Positions 38,500-47,794 of a DNA stretch of 64,000 nt are shown piece after piece (positions within the stretch are counted from its first letter, which is position 1; the number at the start of each line of letters is the position of its first letter). Origin of the DNA: a candidate division FCPU426 bacterium (GTDB lineage: Bacteria > Oederibacteriota > Muellerivitia > Muellerivitales > Muellerivitaceae); the NCBI GenBank assembly GCA_963847625.1, contig CAWKAR010000039.1, positions 128,001-192,000 of the forward strand. The letters run 5' to 3'. The notes below the pieces were generated by a model. The model saw nothing but the letters and a program-made list of their open reading frames with translations. It was not told the DNA's origin and made no database searches. The position numbers and the translations under genes are program-made.

Positions 38500-39795
38500 A
38501 TGAGGCGTATCATCCAAATCGCGGCGGCGTGCCTGGCGTTGGCGCTGTTATTCCAGGCGGGTTGTTTCCCGAAACCCGGGGAGAAAGCCGTCCGGGTGGC
38601 GGTTTTCACCACCGACCCCATCCTGATCAAGATCCTGAACGACACCATCAAGGGAATCGAGTCCCGCCACCCGGGCCTCAAGATCCAAATGGAAAACATC
38701 CCCTACAACCAGTACATGGACAAGATCACCATGGAAATGGGCGCCAACGACGCGCCGGACGTGATCAGCGTGGAGGCCAGCAACTTCGCGGACATGTACA
38801 CCCGGGGCGCCTTCGAGAACCTGATGCCCTATTTCCAAGCCGACAAGATGGACCCCAAGGACTATTACGCCTCGGCCCTGAGGCGCTACAGCCCCGACGG
38901 CGGGCTTTACGCCATCCCCACCGACATCGCCCCCACGGGTCTGCTTTACTACAATAAGAAGCTTTTCGACGAGGCCGGGGTGCCCTATCCCGACCTCAAA
39001 TGGAAATGGCCGGAGCCTTTCCTCACCTACTGCAAGAAGCTCTCGAAGAGGGACGCCAAGGGAAAGACCACCCAGTGGGCCTTCGCCGACCCCTACGGCA
39101 CCAACGCGGATGACTTCATGTTCAGCAACGGGGGATACTTCATGGACAGCGAGGACCACCCCACGCGCCTGGCGATGGACACGCCCCGGGTGCTGGAGGC
39201 CTACCGCTTCCGCTGGGACATGAGCTACACCTACCACGTGTCGCCCACCTACAGCGAGATCCAGAACTTCAACTTCGGAAACGGCGCGGAGCACATGTTC
39301 ATGAACGGCCTGGTGGCCATGATGTGCTCGGGCGTATGGCACACGGTGGGCTTCCTCCAGAAGAAGGATTTGGAGTTCGACGTGACGGAATTCCCCATGG
39401 GACCCCACGGGGACCGGGGCTGGGGCACCGGGGGGACGGGCTGCGCCATGTGGAAGGGCTCCAAGAACAAGGCTCGGGCCTGGGAAGTGATCAAGGAACT
39501 GGCGGGCGCGGACCTGGTGACCCAATTGACCCAAACGGGCATGCTCCAGCCGGCGCTCCTCAAAGTGGCCAATTCGGACGCCTTCCTGAAGAGCCCCGGG
39601 GCGGCCAACAAGAAGATCCTCCTGCAGATGCCGCAATATTCCCATTACTCGCCCTTCCTCAAGGGCTGGAGCGAGATCTGGAACGGCCAGGTGGGCCCGG
39701 GCATGGACCCGGCCTGGATGGGGAACAAGACGCCCGAGGAGGTCGTACCCCAACTGAACGCGGCGATCAACAAGAAGTATTTCGGGAAACCGTAA
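38500..39795 (+). CDS. Sugar ABC transporter substrate-binding lipoprotein (family 1)
   Basis: QAGC lipobox, APDVI, LYAIP, LYYNKKLFDEAG, FMNGLVAM. Confidence 0.9.
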   Translation: MRRIIQIAAACLALALLFQAGCFPKPGEKAVRVAVFTTDPILIKILNDTIKGIESRHPGLKIQMENIPYNQYMDKITMEMGANDAPDVISVEASNFADMYTRGAFENLMPYFQADKMDPKDYYASALRRYSPDGGLYAIPTDIAPTGLLYYNKKLFDEAGVPYPDLKWKWPEPFLTYCKKLSKRDAKGKTTQWAFADPYGTNADDFMFSNGGYFMDSEDHPTRLAMDTPRVLEAYRFRWDMSYTYHVSPTYSEIQNFNFGNGAEHMFMNGLVAMMCSGVWHTVGFLQKKDLEFDVTEFPMGPHGDRGWGTGGTGCAMWKGSKNKARAWEVIKELAGADLVTQLTQTGMLQPALLKVANSDAFLKSPGAANKKILLQMPQYSHYSPFLKGWSEIWNGQVGPGMDPAWMGNKTPEEVVPQLNAAINKKYFGKP

Positions 39796-39827
39796 AAGAA
39801 AAAAGCTAAACCGAATCATTCGCCACA

Positions 39828-39901
39828 TGCCAATCTTCCATGAAGCTTAAAAAGAGATTGGTATCGTACCGATCTCCAATAATTTTTATGGATGATCGGC
39901 A
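39828..39901 (-). repeat. Double-hairpin miniature element, copy C, inside a GCCAC^GGATTCAGGGGATG repeat
   Basis: Reverse complement reads TGCCGATC..GATCGGTA plus TACCAATC..GATTGGCA. Flanks rejoin to the same arm as the reverse complement of 17495-17512. Confidence 0.85.
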
Positions 39902-40012
39902 CGGATTCAGGGGATGACTTTAAATAAATTTGTGGTAGTTTTTCGATCTATGAAAATCCACAATCATTCATAATTCAAAATTGAGAATTCATAATTTTAG
40001 TTAAAGGTTCCC

Positions 40013-42205
40013 ATGATCACGTTTGATCCCGATAAAAAACTGTTCCGGCTGGACGCCAAGGGCTTTTCCTGCCTCTTGGGCGTCCCGCCCCAGGGCGGCC
40101 TGCACCACCTCTATTGGGGCCCGCCATTGGAGAAATGGGTCACCGAAAAGCTTTTCCTGGATTGGCAGGTTAAGACGGCGAATAACAGCCCCAACGCCGC
40201 TTACGAGGCTTACAACCGGGAATTCGCCGACTTCGGCCACAACGACCTTCGAACCCCGGCCTTCCTGCTGGAGCAGTCGGACGGGTCGCGCGTGAGTTTT
40301 TTCACCTACCTTCGCCATGAGATCCTAGCCGGCAAACCGGCCTTTCCGGGCCTGCCCTCCTCCACGGTGGAGAAAGAAGACGAGGCCCGAACGCTCGTCA
40401 TCACCCTGGCCGATGAGGCGGCGCAGCAGGAACTCACCCTTTATTACACCCTCTATCCCGAATGGGACATCCTCATCCGGCGGACCCGCCTCCTCAACCA
40501 GGGAACCGGGCCTTGCCGAATCCTGAAGCTCATGAGCCTGGGATTAGACCTTCCGGCGGCGGACTACAAACTCATCAGCTTCGGAGGCGCCTGGGCGCGC
40601 GAACGCCATTTCCAGGAAAGGCCCCTCCTGCAGGGGATCGTCCGGCTGGAAAGCCGCCGGGGCATTTCCTCCCACGACCTGAACCCCTTCGTCATGGTCG
40701 CCAAAGCGGGGGCCGGGGAGGAGGAAGGCAGGGTTTACGGCCTGTCCCTGGCCTACAGCGGCAATTGGCTCCTGGAGGCCGAGGTTTATCACGACCACCG
40801 GCTGCGCTTGAACAACGGGATCAACGACTTTGGTTTCAAATGGACCCTGGATCCGGGGCAGAGTTTCACGACGCCCGAGTGCGTGACAAGCTATTCCGAA
40901 AAGGGCTATGACGGCCTCAGCCAGGCGTTCCATAGGTTCGTCCGGCAAAGAGTGGCGAGAGGCACCTGGCGCGACAAACCCCGGCCCATTCTCATCAACA
41001 ACTGGGAGGCCACTTATTTTAATTTCAAACATGAAGATATTGTCCGAATTGGAAAATCCGCCAAGGAATTGGGCGTCGAACTGCTGGTGTTGGACGACGG
41101 CTGGTTCGGGGAACGGGACAAGGACGATTCCTCACTAGGGGACTGGTTCGAGGACCCCAAGAAGATTCCAAAGGGATTGAAGGGTCTCGGGGAGGAACTT
41201 CACGGCCTGGGACTCCTGTTCGGGATTTGGGTCGAGCCGGAAATGGTCAGCCCGAGGAGCCGCCTGTACGAGAAACACCCGGACTGGTGCCTGCATGTGC
41301 CGGGACGGGAGCGCAAGACCGCCCGCGACCAGTTGGTGCTGGACATGGGGCAGAAGGAGATCCGGGACTTCCTCTTCGAGACCCTGTCCCGGGTGTTCGA
41401 GGAGGGAAAGGCCGATTACGTGAAATGGGACATGAACCGCCCCCTCAGCGAGGTGGGGAGCCTTGCCCTGCCGCCCCACCGGCAATCCGAGGTGTCCCAC
41501 CGTTACGTGCTGGGGCTTTACGAGTTGATGGAGAGGCTCAATAAAAGGTTTCCCGGGGTCCTCTTCGAGGGCTGCGCGGGCGGCGGCGGCCGTTTCGACC
41601 TGGGCATCCTGAGCTACCACCCCCAAATCTGGTCCTCGGACAACATGGATGGCTTGGACCGGATGTTGATCCAGTACGGGACCACCTTCGGCTACCCGCC
41701 CATCGCCCAGGGCTCCCACGTTTCCTCCTCGCCAAACCACATCACCAAGAGGGAATCGCCCCTCAAGTGGCGGGCCCACCTGGCCATGTCGGCCAATTTC
41801 GGCCTGGAACTTGACGTTTCCGAATGGAGCAAGGCCGAACGGAAGGAAATGGCCGGGTATATCGCCCTCTATAAGGAAATCCGGGAAACCGTGCAGTTCG
41901 GGAATTTCCACCGGTTGGAAAGCCCCTACGGCACTGAAAGGTGCTCCTGGATGTTCACTAGTCCCGGCTTGAGGGAAGCACTGCTGTTCGTGTTCCAGGT
42001 GAAGCCTCCCCAGGAGCCTTCCGCGGTAAAACCCATCCGCTTGAGGGGTTTGGATCCAAACCAGTATTATGAAATACTTGGAAAAAAATTGTTTTTTACG
42101 GGGAAGAAACTCATGGAGAAAGGCTGGCTGCCGGAGACCTTCCGGGCCGGGAACATTCCCGGTCCGCTGCATTGCGGTTTATTCCGGATTCAGGCGAAAG
42201 GCTGA
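40013..42205 (+). CDS. GH36 alpha-galactosidase
   Basis: NNWEATYF, VLDDGWFG, WVEPEM, YVKWDMNR, GGGGRFD, WSSDN. Confidence 0.95.
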   Translation: MITFDPDKKLFRLDAKGFSCLLGVPPQGGLHHLYWGPPLEKWVTEKLFLDWQVKTANNSPNAAYEAYNREFADFGHNDLRTPAFLLEQSDGSRVSFFTYLRHEILAGKPAFPGLPSSTVEKEDEARTLVITLADEAAQQELTLYYTLYPEWDILIRRTRLLNQGTGPCRILKLMSLGLDLPAADYKLISFGGAWARERHFQERPLLQGIVRLESRRGISSHDLNPFVMVAKAGAGEEEGRVYGLSLAYSGNWLLEAEVYHDHRLRLNNGINDFGFKWTLDPGQSFTTPECVTSYSEKGYDGLSQAFHRFVRQRVARGTWRDKPRPILINNWEATYFNFKHEDIVRIGKSAKELGVELLVLDDGWFGERDKDDSSLGDWFEDPKKIPKGLKGLGEELHGLGLLFGIWVEPEMVSPRSRLYEKHPDWCLHVPGRERKTARDQLVLDMGQKEIRDFLFETLSRVFEEGKADYVKWDMNRPLSEVGSLALPPHRQSEVSHRYVLGLYELMERLNKRFPGVLFEGCAGGGGRFDLGILSYHPQIWSSDNMDGLDRMLIQYGTTFGYPPIAQGSHVSSSPNHITKRESPLKWRAHLAMSANFGLELDVSEWSKAERKEMAGYIALYKEIRETVQFGNFHRLESPYGTERCSWMFTSPGLREALLFVFQVKPPQEPSAVKPIRLRGLDPNQYYEILGKKLFFTGKKLMEKGWLPETFRAGNIPGPLHCGLFRIQAKG

Positions 42206-42288
42206 TGACAGTTAAGGATGAGTGGCAAACCATCGGCCGGGAAAGACCAGCGGTTCTTCTAAAATAGTAATAGTGAAGGGAATTGAAA

Positions 42289-43635
42289 ATGAAACGGATT
42301 TTAACCTTTGGTCTGGCAGTTGCTTTACTTCAATGTTGGACGGTTTACGCCCAAATCGATAGAAAAGACGAATTTAATAAACCTAGTAATGAAAAGAACA
42401 ACAACCAGCCAGCGGAAGCGACAGTAGAAAAGCCGGCCAGGCCCGCTCCGGCTGTGGCGGCGCCAAGCAAACCGGTAAGAATTGATATCAGCAAACCTGC
42501 TTTCCGGAATAATAGCGGTCCGTCCCGCCCGAGCCAGCCAGCCCCCCAAGTTTCCCAACCCGCGCCCCAGGATTCCAATCCAGCCCCCCAAGCCCCCCAG
42601 CCCGCGCCCCAAGCCGCCAAGCCGGCCCCACAGGTTGTTTACCAGCATAAGGTCGGTGTCGCCGGCACGTTCGACAGCGCGGCCATCCGGCAGCAGCCCA
42701 ATATCCACTGGAACACCCGGCCCGCCATGGCTGTCAATGCCACCCAATTCGTGACTGTGGCCCCCACCAACAACGTGGCCCACCACCACCATCCCTTCAC
42801 GGCGGGGTACGTCCGCAAGAAGCTCCAGAAACTGGGGGTGACCAGCCTGGCCCATTTCATCACCGACCGCCAACAAATAATGGTCGCGGACAAGGGCCAT
42901 TCGGCCATCCGTTTCCCTCAAAAGGGACCCGACCGCCAGCCCCTGACGGCCACGGTCATCCCGGCGAAAAGCTTTAACGATCCGGACGTGCTCAATCACA
43001 TGAACCTGATCCATGGCGATGAAATGACGCGGCAAATGAACCAGCTGACCCAGACTGAACTCCGGGCGAAACATTATTACTGGCACAGCGGTGACGGGTT
43101 CAATTACTGCCATTATGTGGACAACTGGGGCTACCACTGGTACGGATGGTACCTGGGCGACAGGTGTTTTTGGACCCGCTATTACCAGGACCGCTCGTGG
43201 TTCTACGACTCGGATAACGACCGCTGGTGTTTCTGGGACAACGGTTACTGGTGGTGGCAGGATCCCTACCACGTGGCGGACCTGTATTTTTACTCCAACG
43301 GGCAGTACATTCCCTGCGATTCCGCCAAGGACACCTTGGTGACCGCGACCCAGGCGGTCAACGAATCCGTTTATACCAGCCCCGACGGGACCCGGATGGT
43401 GAAGGTGATCACGGATACCAGCGACGCGTTCCTGTTTGACGCGGCCATCCCGCCTACCTTCAGCCCCATTTACCTGGCTTCCCAGGTGACGGGGGTGAAA
43501 TTTTCAAACCCTTCCGACAACCAGCCCCTGGAGATCATGGTCACCCTGAACGACGGGAGCTTCGACCTGTACGACAGCCAGGGAAATCCCCTGAACTTCG
43601 GCGACGCCGACGCCCAGCCCGCCGGGGGGAATTAA
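42289..43635 (+). CDS. Secreted hypothetical protein with PAPQ repeats and a Trp/Tyr-rich domain
   Basis: Signal peptide, 7-aa xxQPAPQ-type repeats, aromatic-rich segment. Confidence 0.75.
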   Translation: MKRILTFGLAVALLQCWTVYAQIDRKDEFNKPSNEKNNNQPAEATVEKPARPAPAVAAPSKPVRIDISKPAFRNNSGPSRPSQPAPQVSQPAPQDSNPAPQAPQPAPQAAKPAPQVVYQHKVGVAGTFDSAAIRQQPNIHWNTRPAMAVNATQFVTVAPTNNVAHHHHPFTAGYVRKKLQKLGVTSLAHFITDRQQIMVADKGHSAIRFPQKGPDRQPLTATVIPAKSFNDPDVLNHMNLIHGDEMTRQMNQLTQTELRAKHYYWHSGDGFNYCHYVDNWGYHWYGWYLGDRCFWTRYYQDRSWFYDSDNDRWCFWDNGYWWWQDPYHVADLYFYSNGQYIPCDSAKDTLVTATQAVNESVYTSPDGTRMVKVITDTSDAFLFDAAIPPTFSPIYLASQVTGVKFSNPSDNQPLEIMVTLNDGSFDLYDSQGNPLNFGDADAQPAGGN

Positions 43636-43655
43636 AGGCTTCCTGCGCCGATTTT

Positions 43656-44837
43656 CTATCCCTTCACCACCAGGATCTGCCTGAGCTCGAACACCGGTTC
43701 CACCAAATCCTGCTGGTTACGCATGACCTCGTCGATGTCCTTGTAGGCCCCCGGAATCTCATCCAGAACGCCCTCGTCCTTGCGGCACTCGACGTCCCTG
43801 GTCTGCTCCAAGAGGTCCTTGACACTAAACTTGCGGCGGGCCTCGCCCCGCGACATGCGGCGGCCCGCACCGTGTGAACAGGAGCAGAAGGATTCCGGGT
43901 TTCCCTTGCCCCGCACAATGAAGGACTTCGTGCCCATGGAACCTGGAATGATGCCCCATTCACCCTCACCGGCACGCACCGCGCCTTTGCGGGTCACCCA
44001 GACTTCCCCTCCAAAATGTTTCTCCCGCGCCACGTAATTGTGGTGGCAGTTGACTTCCTTGAAGCGCTGGAGGGGGACCCCTTCGTTGAACAATCGGGAG
44101 AGGATTTCCAGGATCCGGTCCATCATCTCCACGCGGTTCTGGAGGGCATAATCCTGGCACCAGCGCAGGTCCTCCAGGTACTCGGCGAAGGCATCACTAT
44201 CCTCCGTTAGGTAGGCCAGGTCCGTGTCCGGAAGCTGGATTTTACCGGCGATCATGAGGGATTTAGCCTCCTGGATGTGCCGCTCGGCCAGGCGGTTGCC
44301 CACGTGGCGGGAACCACTATGAAGCATGATCCAGACGTTCTTTTCAGCGTCCAGGCAAACTTCGATGAAATGGTTGCCGCCGCCGAGGGAACCCAACTGA
44401 CGCAGGGCGGTTTTTTCCAAGGTGGCGTCCAGGTGGCGGCTGTGCCTCTTTTTCCAGCCTCCCCAGCGGCCCACCGAGGATGTGACGTTCCGGTTGCCCT
44501 CGAAACCCACGGGCACGGCGTTCTCGATGTGGGAGCGGATATCCCGCGCCCGGTCCGCGACTTTTTCGGGATCCAGGCCCGTCTGGACCGCCATCATTCC
44601 GCAGCCAATATCCACCCCCACGCAGGCGGGAACAATGGCGCCCCGGGTGGCCACCACCGAGCCCACAGTGGCGCCCTTGCCCAGGTGAACGTCGGGCATG
44701 ACGGCCACGTGCTTGAAGACGAAGGGAAGGGAAGCGGTGTTTTCCAACTGCCTTAAGGTGTCCGGATCCACCTGGGATTCCGGGACCCACATCTTGATGG
44801 GAAAGGGAGCGCGGTGGATCTCGGCTTGAATGGGCAT
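43656..44837 (-). CDS. rtcB: RNA 2',3'-cyclic phosphate / 5'-OH ligase
   Basis: MPDVHLG, VGVDIGCG, GGGNHF, HSGSR, HHNY, PGSMG, SHGAGR. Confidence 0.95.
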   Translation of the reverse strand: MPIQAEIHRAPFPIKMWVPESQVDPDTLRQLENTASLPFVFKHVAVMPDVHLGKGATVGSVVATRGAIVPACVGVDIGCGMMAVQTGLDPEKVADRARDIRSHIENAVPVGFEGNRNVTSSVGRWGGWKKRHSRHLDATLEKTALRQLGSLGGGNHFIEVCLDAEKNVWIMLHSGSRHVGNRLAERHIQEAKSLMIAGKIQLPDTDLAYLTEDSDAFAEYLEDLRWCQDYALQNRVEMMDRILEILSRLFNEGVPLQRFKEVNCHHNYVAREKHFGGEVWVTRKGAVRAGEGEWGIIPGSMGTKSFIVRGKGNPESFCSCSHGAGRRMSRGEARRKFSVKDLLEQTRDVECRKDEGVLDEIPGAYKDIDEVMRNQQDLVEPVFELRQILVVKG

Positions 44838-44890
44838 GATCGGGCCTCGGAAACCTTACGCCGGTTTTTACATTGTTTCTTAGGGTCTGA

Positions 44891-47479
44891 TTACTTCGCG
44901 ACGATCAACAGCGCCGAGAAAGCCGGCACGTCGATCTTTAGTTCCGCGCCCGTGGCGGTCTTAGGGCCCGAGTCGTACAACCTCTTGCCCATGCTTTCGG
45001 CCAGCGTGTAAACATGGTAGCCGGAAACCGCTTCCGGCATAGTCACGACGGTTTCCAGGTCCGTATCGTGGTTCTTGTTAACCAGGATGACGTAGGTTTT
45101 CGCCGTGTCCTTGGCCGCGAAGGAATAGAGGTCCGGGTTGGAACTGGTGCAGTCCACGTAGTTCCCGCCCACCTTGGAGCCCTTGTCATCGTAGTTGCTG
45201 TAGAGTTTTTGGCCGAGGAAAACGTAGTTGCCATCCCAGGCGTTGCCCCAGTCGCAGGCCAGGTCCATGCCTTCCCGCATGAAGATGCCGAGGTTCACGG
45301 TCTCCAGCAGGCCGCCGTGGTAGTAATGGGAGCTGGAGGGGTAGTACTCGGTCATGGCCAGCTTGGTCCCGGGGTAGGTTTTCTCGATGATTTTCTTCAG
45401 CTTGGGGATGAGCCCAGCCCAAGGGTCCCATAAGTACGGCTTCAACTCCGGCAAGGCGCACCAGCTGTCCGGACTCTCGAAAGTCGGGTCGTAGAAAATC
45501 CTCAAGGCGTCGAACTGCTTGGGGGTCAACACCGGATCATAGGGAAAATCCCCCAATACGTTGATTTTCTCACCCTTCCCGTTCTTGCCCCAGACCTCGG
45601 GGAAGCCGTGGTCGTCCACGTAGTCAATCAGCCTTTTACCGGCTTTTTTGGAGCGCTTGGCCATCTCGCTGAGGAAATACTCGAACTGGGAGACGTTTCC
45701 ATGGGCTTTCCGGTCGGTCCAGCGCAGGTCCTCGGTCTTGAGGCCGCTCTCCCCTATCTGGTATCCCTTCTCGCCGCCGGGCATGTAGTCCCATGCGGAG
45801 CCCGCCAGCTCCTTTGCACCCCAGGCCACCATGCCGATGACCTTCGAGTCGGGGTCGGCGGATTTCACCGCCTCCGCGTATTGGGCGTTCAGGTTCACCA
45901 TGTCGTCATAGCCGATGCCCTTGGGGTTCACGTCCCGGTGGGTCCAGCACCACAGCCCCGGCTCGTTGTCCATCTGGTAGAATTTGACGCCGCCCTTGGA
46001 GGCGGAGCCGAAACTCTTGACGCAGGCCTCCACCCATTCCTTCATGAAAGCCGGGTCCGACTTGACGTAGTTGTAGTTGGGGTCGTTGTCCCAGACGAAC
46101 TTGTTGCCGGGCAATTGGCCGTTGCCGGCGCCCTGTCCGTCGCTTCCAGCCTGGCCGGGATACTTGGAGGTCGGGAAGGAACAGAGTTCCGGCCCGCCCT
46201 TCGGGGGGGCCTTGGCCACCCAGCCGATGATGGGGATGGTCAGGATGGGCTCGGCTCCGCCCTTGAAGGTGTCCTCGATGAACTGGTAATACTGCTTGTC
46301 CTTCTCGGGAGCGCCGGGGCCCGCCTTGGACGTGTTGAGGAAATACCAGTCGGAGCCGCGGTTGTCCGCGTCCTCCTTCCAATTGTAGTTGGTGGTGGCG
46401 TTGCCGCCCCAGCGGTTCAGGGTCCCGCCGGCTTTCTTGAGGCTCCCGGAGGACATGTAATTGAAACCGAATATATAGGGTGAAATGGCATGGCCCAGCT
46501 TGCCGGAAAGCGTCACTTGAGCCTTCGCCGAGGCCGCAGGGGCCGCCGTGACGGTCACGGATTGGTAGGAAGAAGTCTGTTTGCCGCTCGCCGCCGCCAC
46601 TCCCACTATGTGGGAACCGGTACCCGGAAGGACGGATAGGGGGAGCTTCACCTTCCTTTTAGCGGCGCCTTCCACCCGTCCTGCCGCCTTCCCGTCCACC
46701 GTCACCAGATACTTTTCGACGTCCTCGTCGTTGGACTTGTCCCAAACCACTTCCACGCCGCCCGACACCCTCAGCCAGCCCAGGTTTTCCACCGGAGTGA
46801 GGAGTTGGGCGTTCGTAAAGTAGATTTTATCCAGGTGAACGTAAACGGGCTTGTTGTTGGGGTAACTTCCGGCCAGGTCGAGGCGGATGGTCTTGACTTG
46901 GGACGCGTCCAGCTTGGCGAGGTCCGGGACCGAGGCGAAGGGAACGACCACCCGAGTCCAAGTTTCCCCGATTTTGTGGCCCTCCGCGAAATCTGAAAGT
47001 TTCACCGTGCCGGAGGCGGAGGAATCCGTGGTACCGATGATCGCCAGGTTCATGTCGATGTCCGGGTCGTTGGACCTGGCGTAAAGCACCACGTACTTGG
47101 CTTGGGAGAGGTCCAGAGCGCTCCAGGAGTTGTTGAAAGCGATGCCGCCGCCCGCCCAGCGTTTGCCCCAGAACTGGTCGGTGGCGCTGGTGACGGAGAC
47201 GAACTCGAAAGACAGGCAGTTGCCGGAATCCTCACCATCGTAAATCACCCATTCGGGATGGTCGCCGAGGGTTTTGGGGTCGATTTTTTCCTTGCCGACG
47301 TCCGGCCGCAGGACGAACTTGTGCTGGTCACCCACGCAAAGGATGCTGACTCCTCCCTTTCCGTCCTTGCCGGAGGCGTCGGCCCAGCAGGGCCCGAAGA
47401 AGGAGATGTCTTCATCCGCCCGGACCAGGCTGGGCAGGATCATGAGGAAGGCTATGAAAGAAAAAAGGATTTTACGCAT
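44891..47479 (-). CDS. Secreted GH44 endoglucanase/xyloglucanase with N-terminal CBM-like and FN3-like modules
   Basis: ISPYIFG, RWGGN..TNYNW, MDNEP.LW..THRDV, AMTEY. Confidence 0.88.
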   Translation of the reverse strand: MRKILFSFIAFLMILPSLVRADEDISFFGPCWADASGKDGKGGVSILCVGDQHKFVLRPDVGKEKIDPKTLGDHPEWVIYDGEDSGNCLSFEFVSVTSATDQFWGKRWAGGGIAFNNSWSALDLSQAKYVVLYARSNDPDIDMNLAIIGTTDSSASGTVKLSDFAEGHKIGETWTRVVVPFASVPDLAKLDASQVKTIRLDLAGSYPNNKPVYVHLDKIYFTNAQLLTPVENLGWLRVSGGVEVVWDKSNDEDVEKYLVTVDGKAAGRVEGAAKRKVKLPLSVLPGTGSHIVGVAAASGKQTSSYQSVTVTAAPAASAKAQVTLSGKLGHAISPYIFGFNYMSSGSLKKAGGTLNRWGGNATTNYNWKEDADNRGSDWYFLNTSKAGPGAPEKDKQYYQFIEDTFKGGAEPILTIPIIGWVAKAPPKGGPELCSFPTSKYPGQAGSDGQGAGNGQLPGNKFVWDNDPNYNYVKSDPAFMKEWVEACVKSFGSASKGGVKFYQMDNEPGLWCWTHRDVNPKGIGYDDMVNLNAQYAEAVKSADPDSKVIGMVAWGAKELAGSAWDYMPGGEKGYQIGESGLKTEDLRWTDRKAHGNVSQFEYFLSEMAKRSKKAGKRLIDYVDDHGFPEVWGKNGKGEKINVLGDFPYDPVLTPKQFDALRIFYDPTFESPDSWCALPELKPYLWDPWAGLIPKLKKIIEKTYPGTKLAMTEYYPSSSHYYHGGLLETVNLGIFMREGMDLACDWGNAWDGNYVFLGQKLYSNYDDKGSKVGGNYVDCTSSNPDLYSFAAKDTAKTYVILVNKNHDTDLETVVTMPEAVSGYHVYTLAESMGKRLYDSGPKTATGAELKIDVPAFSALLIVAK

Positions 47480-47794
47480 GTCAGGGACTCCTTGGAGTGG
47501 AATGAAGCGGCATTATAGCAGGCAATAGGACGGCCAAACTATAAATGGAAATGCGGGGATTGAAGCGGGAAAAAGGATGCTTTTCCAGGGAAGCGCTTTT
47601 GAATAATATGAAACTTATTTCAATTTGTTTCATTGCTTGAAACAAACACTTCCAGTAAAACTCGACAGGCGTTTGGGAATGGATTAGCCGTTATTCCGGA
47701 ATATTTTTTATCCGGGTAAAACCCCGGCCTTTTATATAAACTACCACACTAATTACAGCTTACTTTATTGATTTTAATGAGCTTTAGGGGCTTT

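Noticed and set aside
42222..42260. c-di-GMP-I riboswitch
   Set aside because: GGCAAACC is present but the GACGCAAA motif and second stem are missing.
43656..44837. RtcB as a dedicated partner of the HEPN toxins
   Set aside because: It is more than 27 kb from them, stand-alone, with host-like composition; no linkage evidence.
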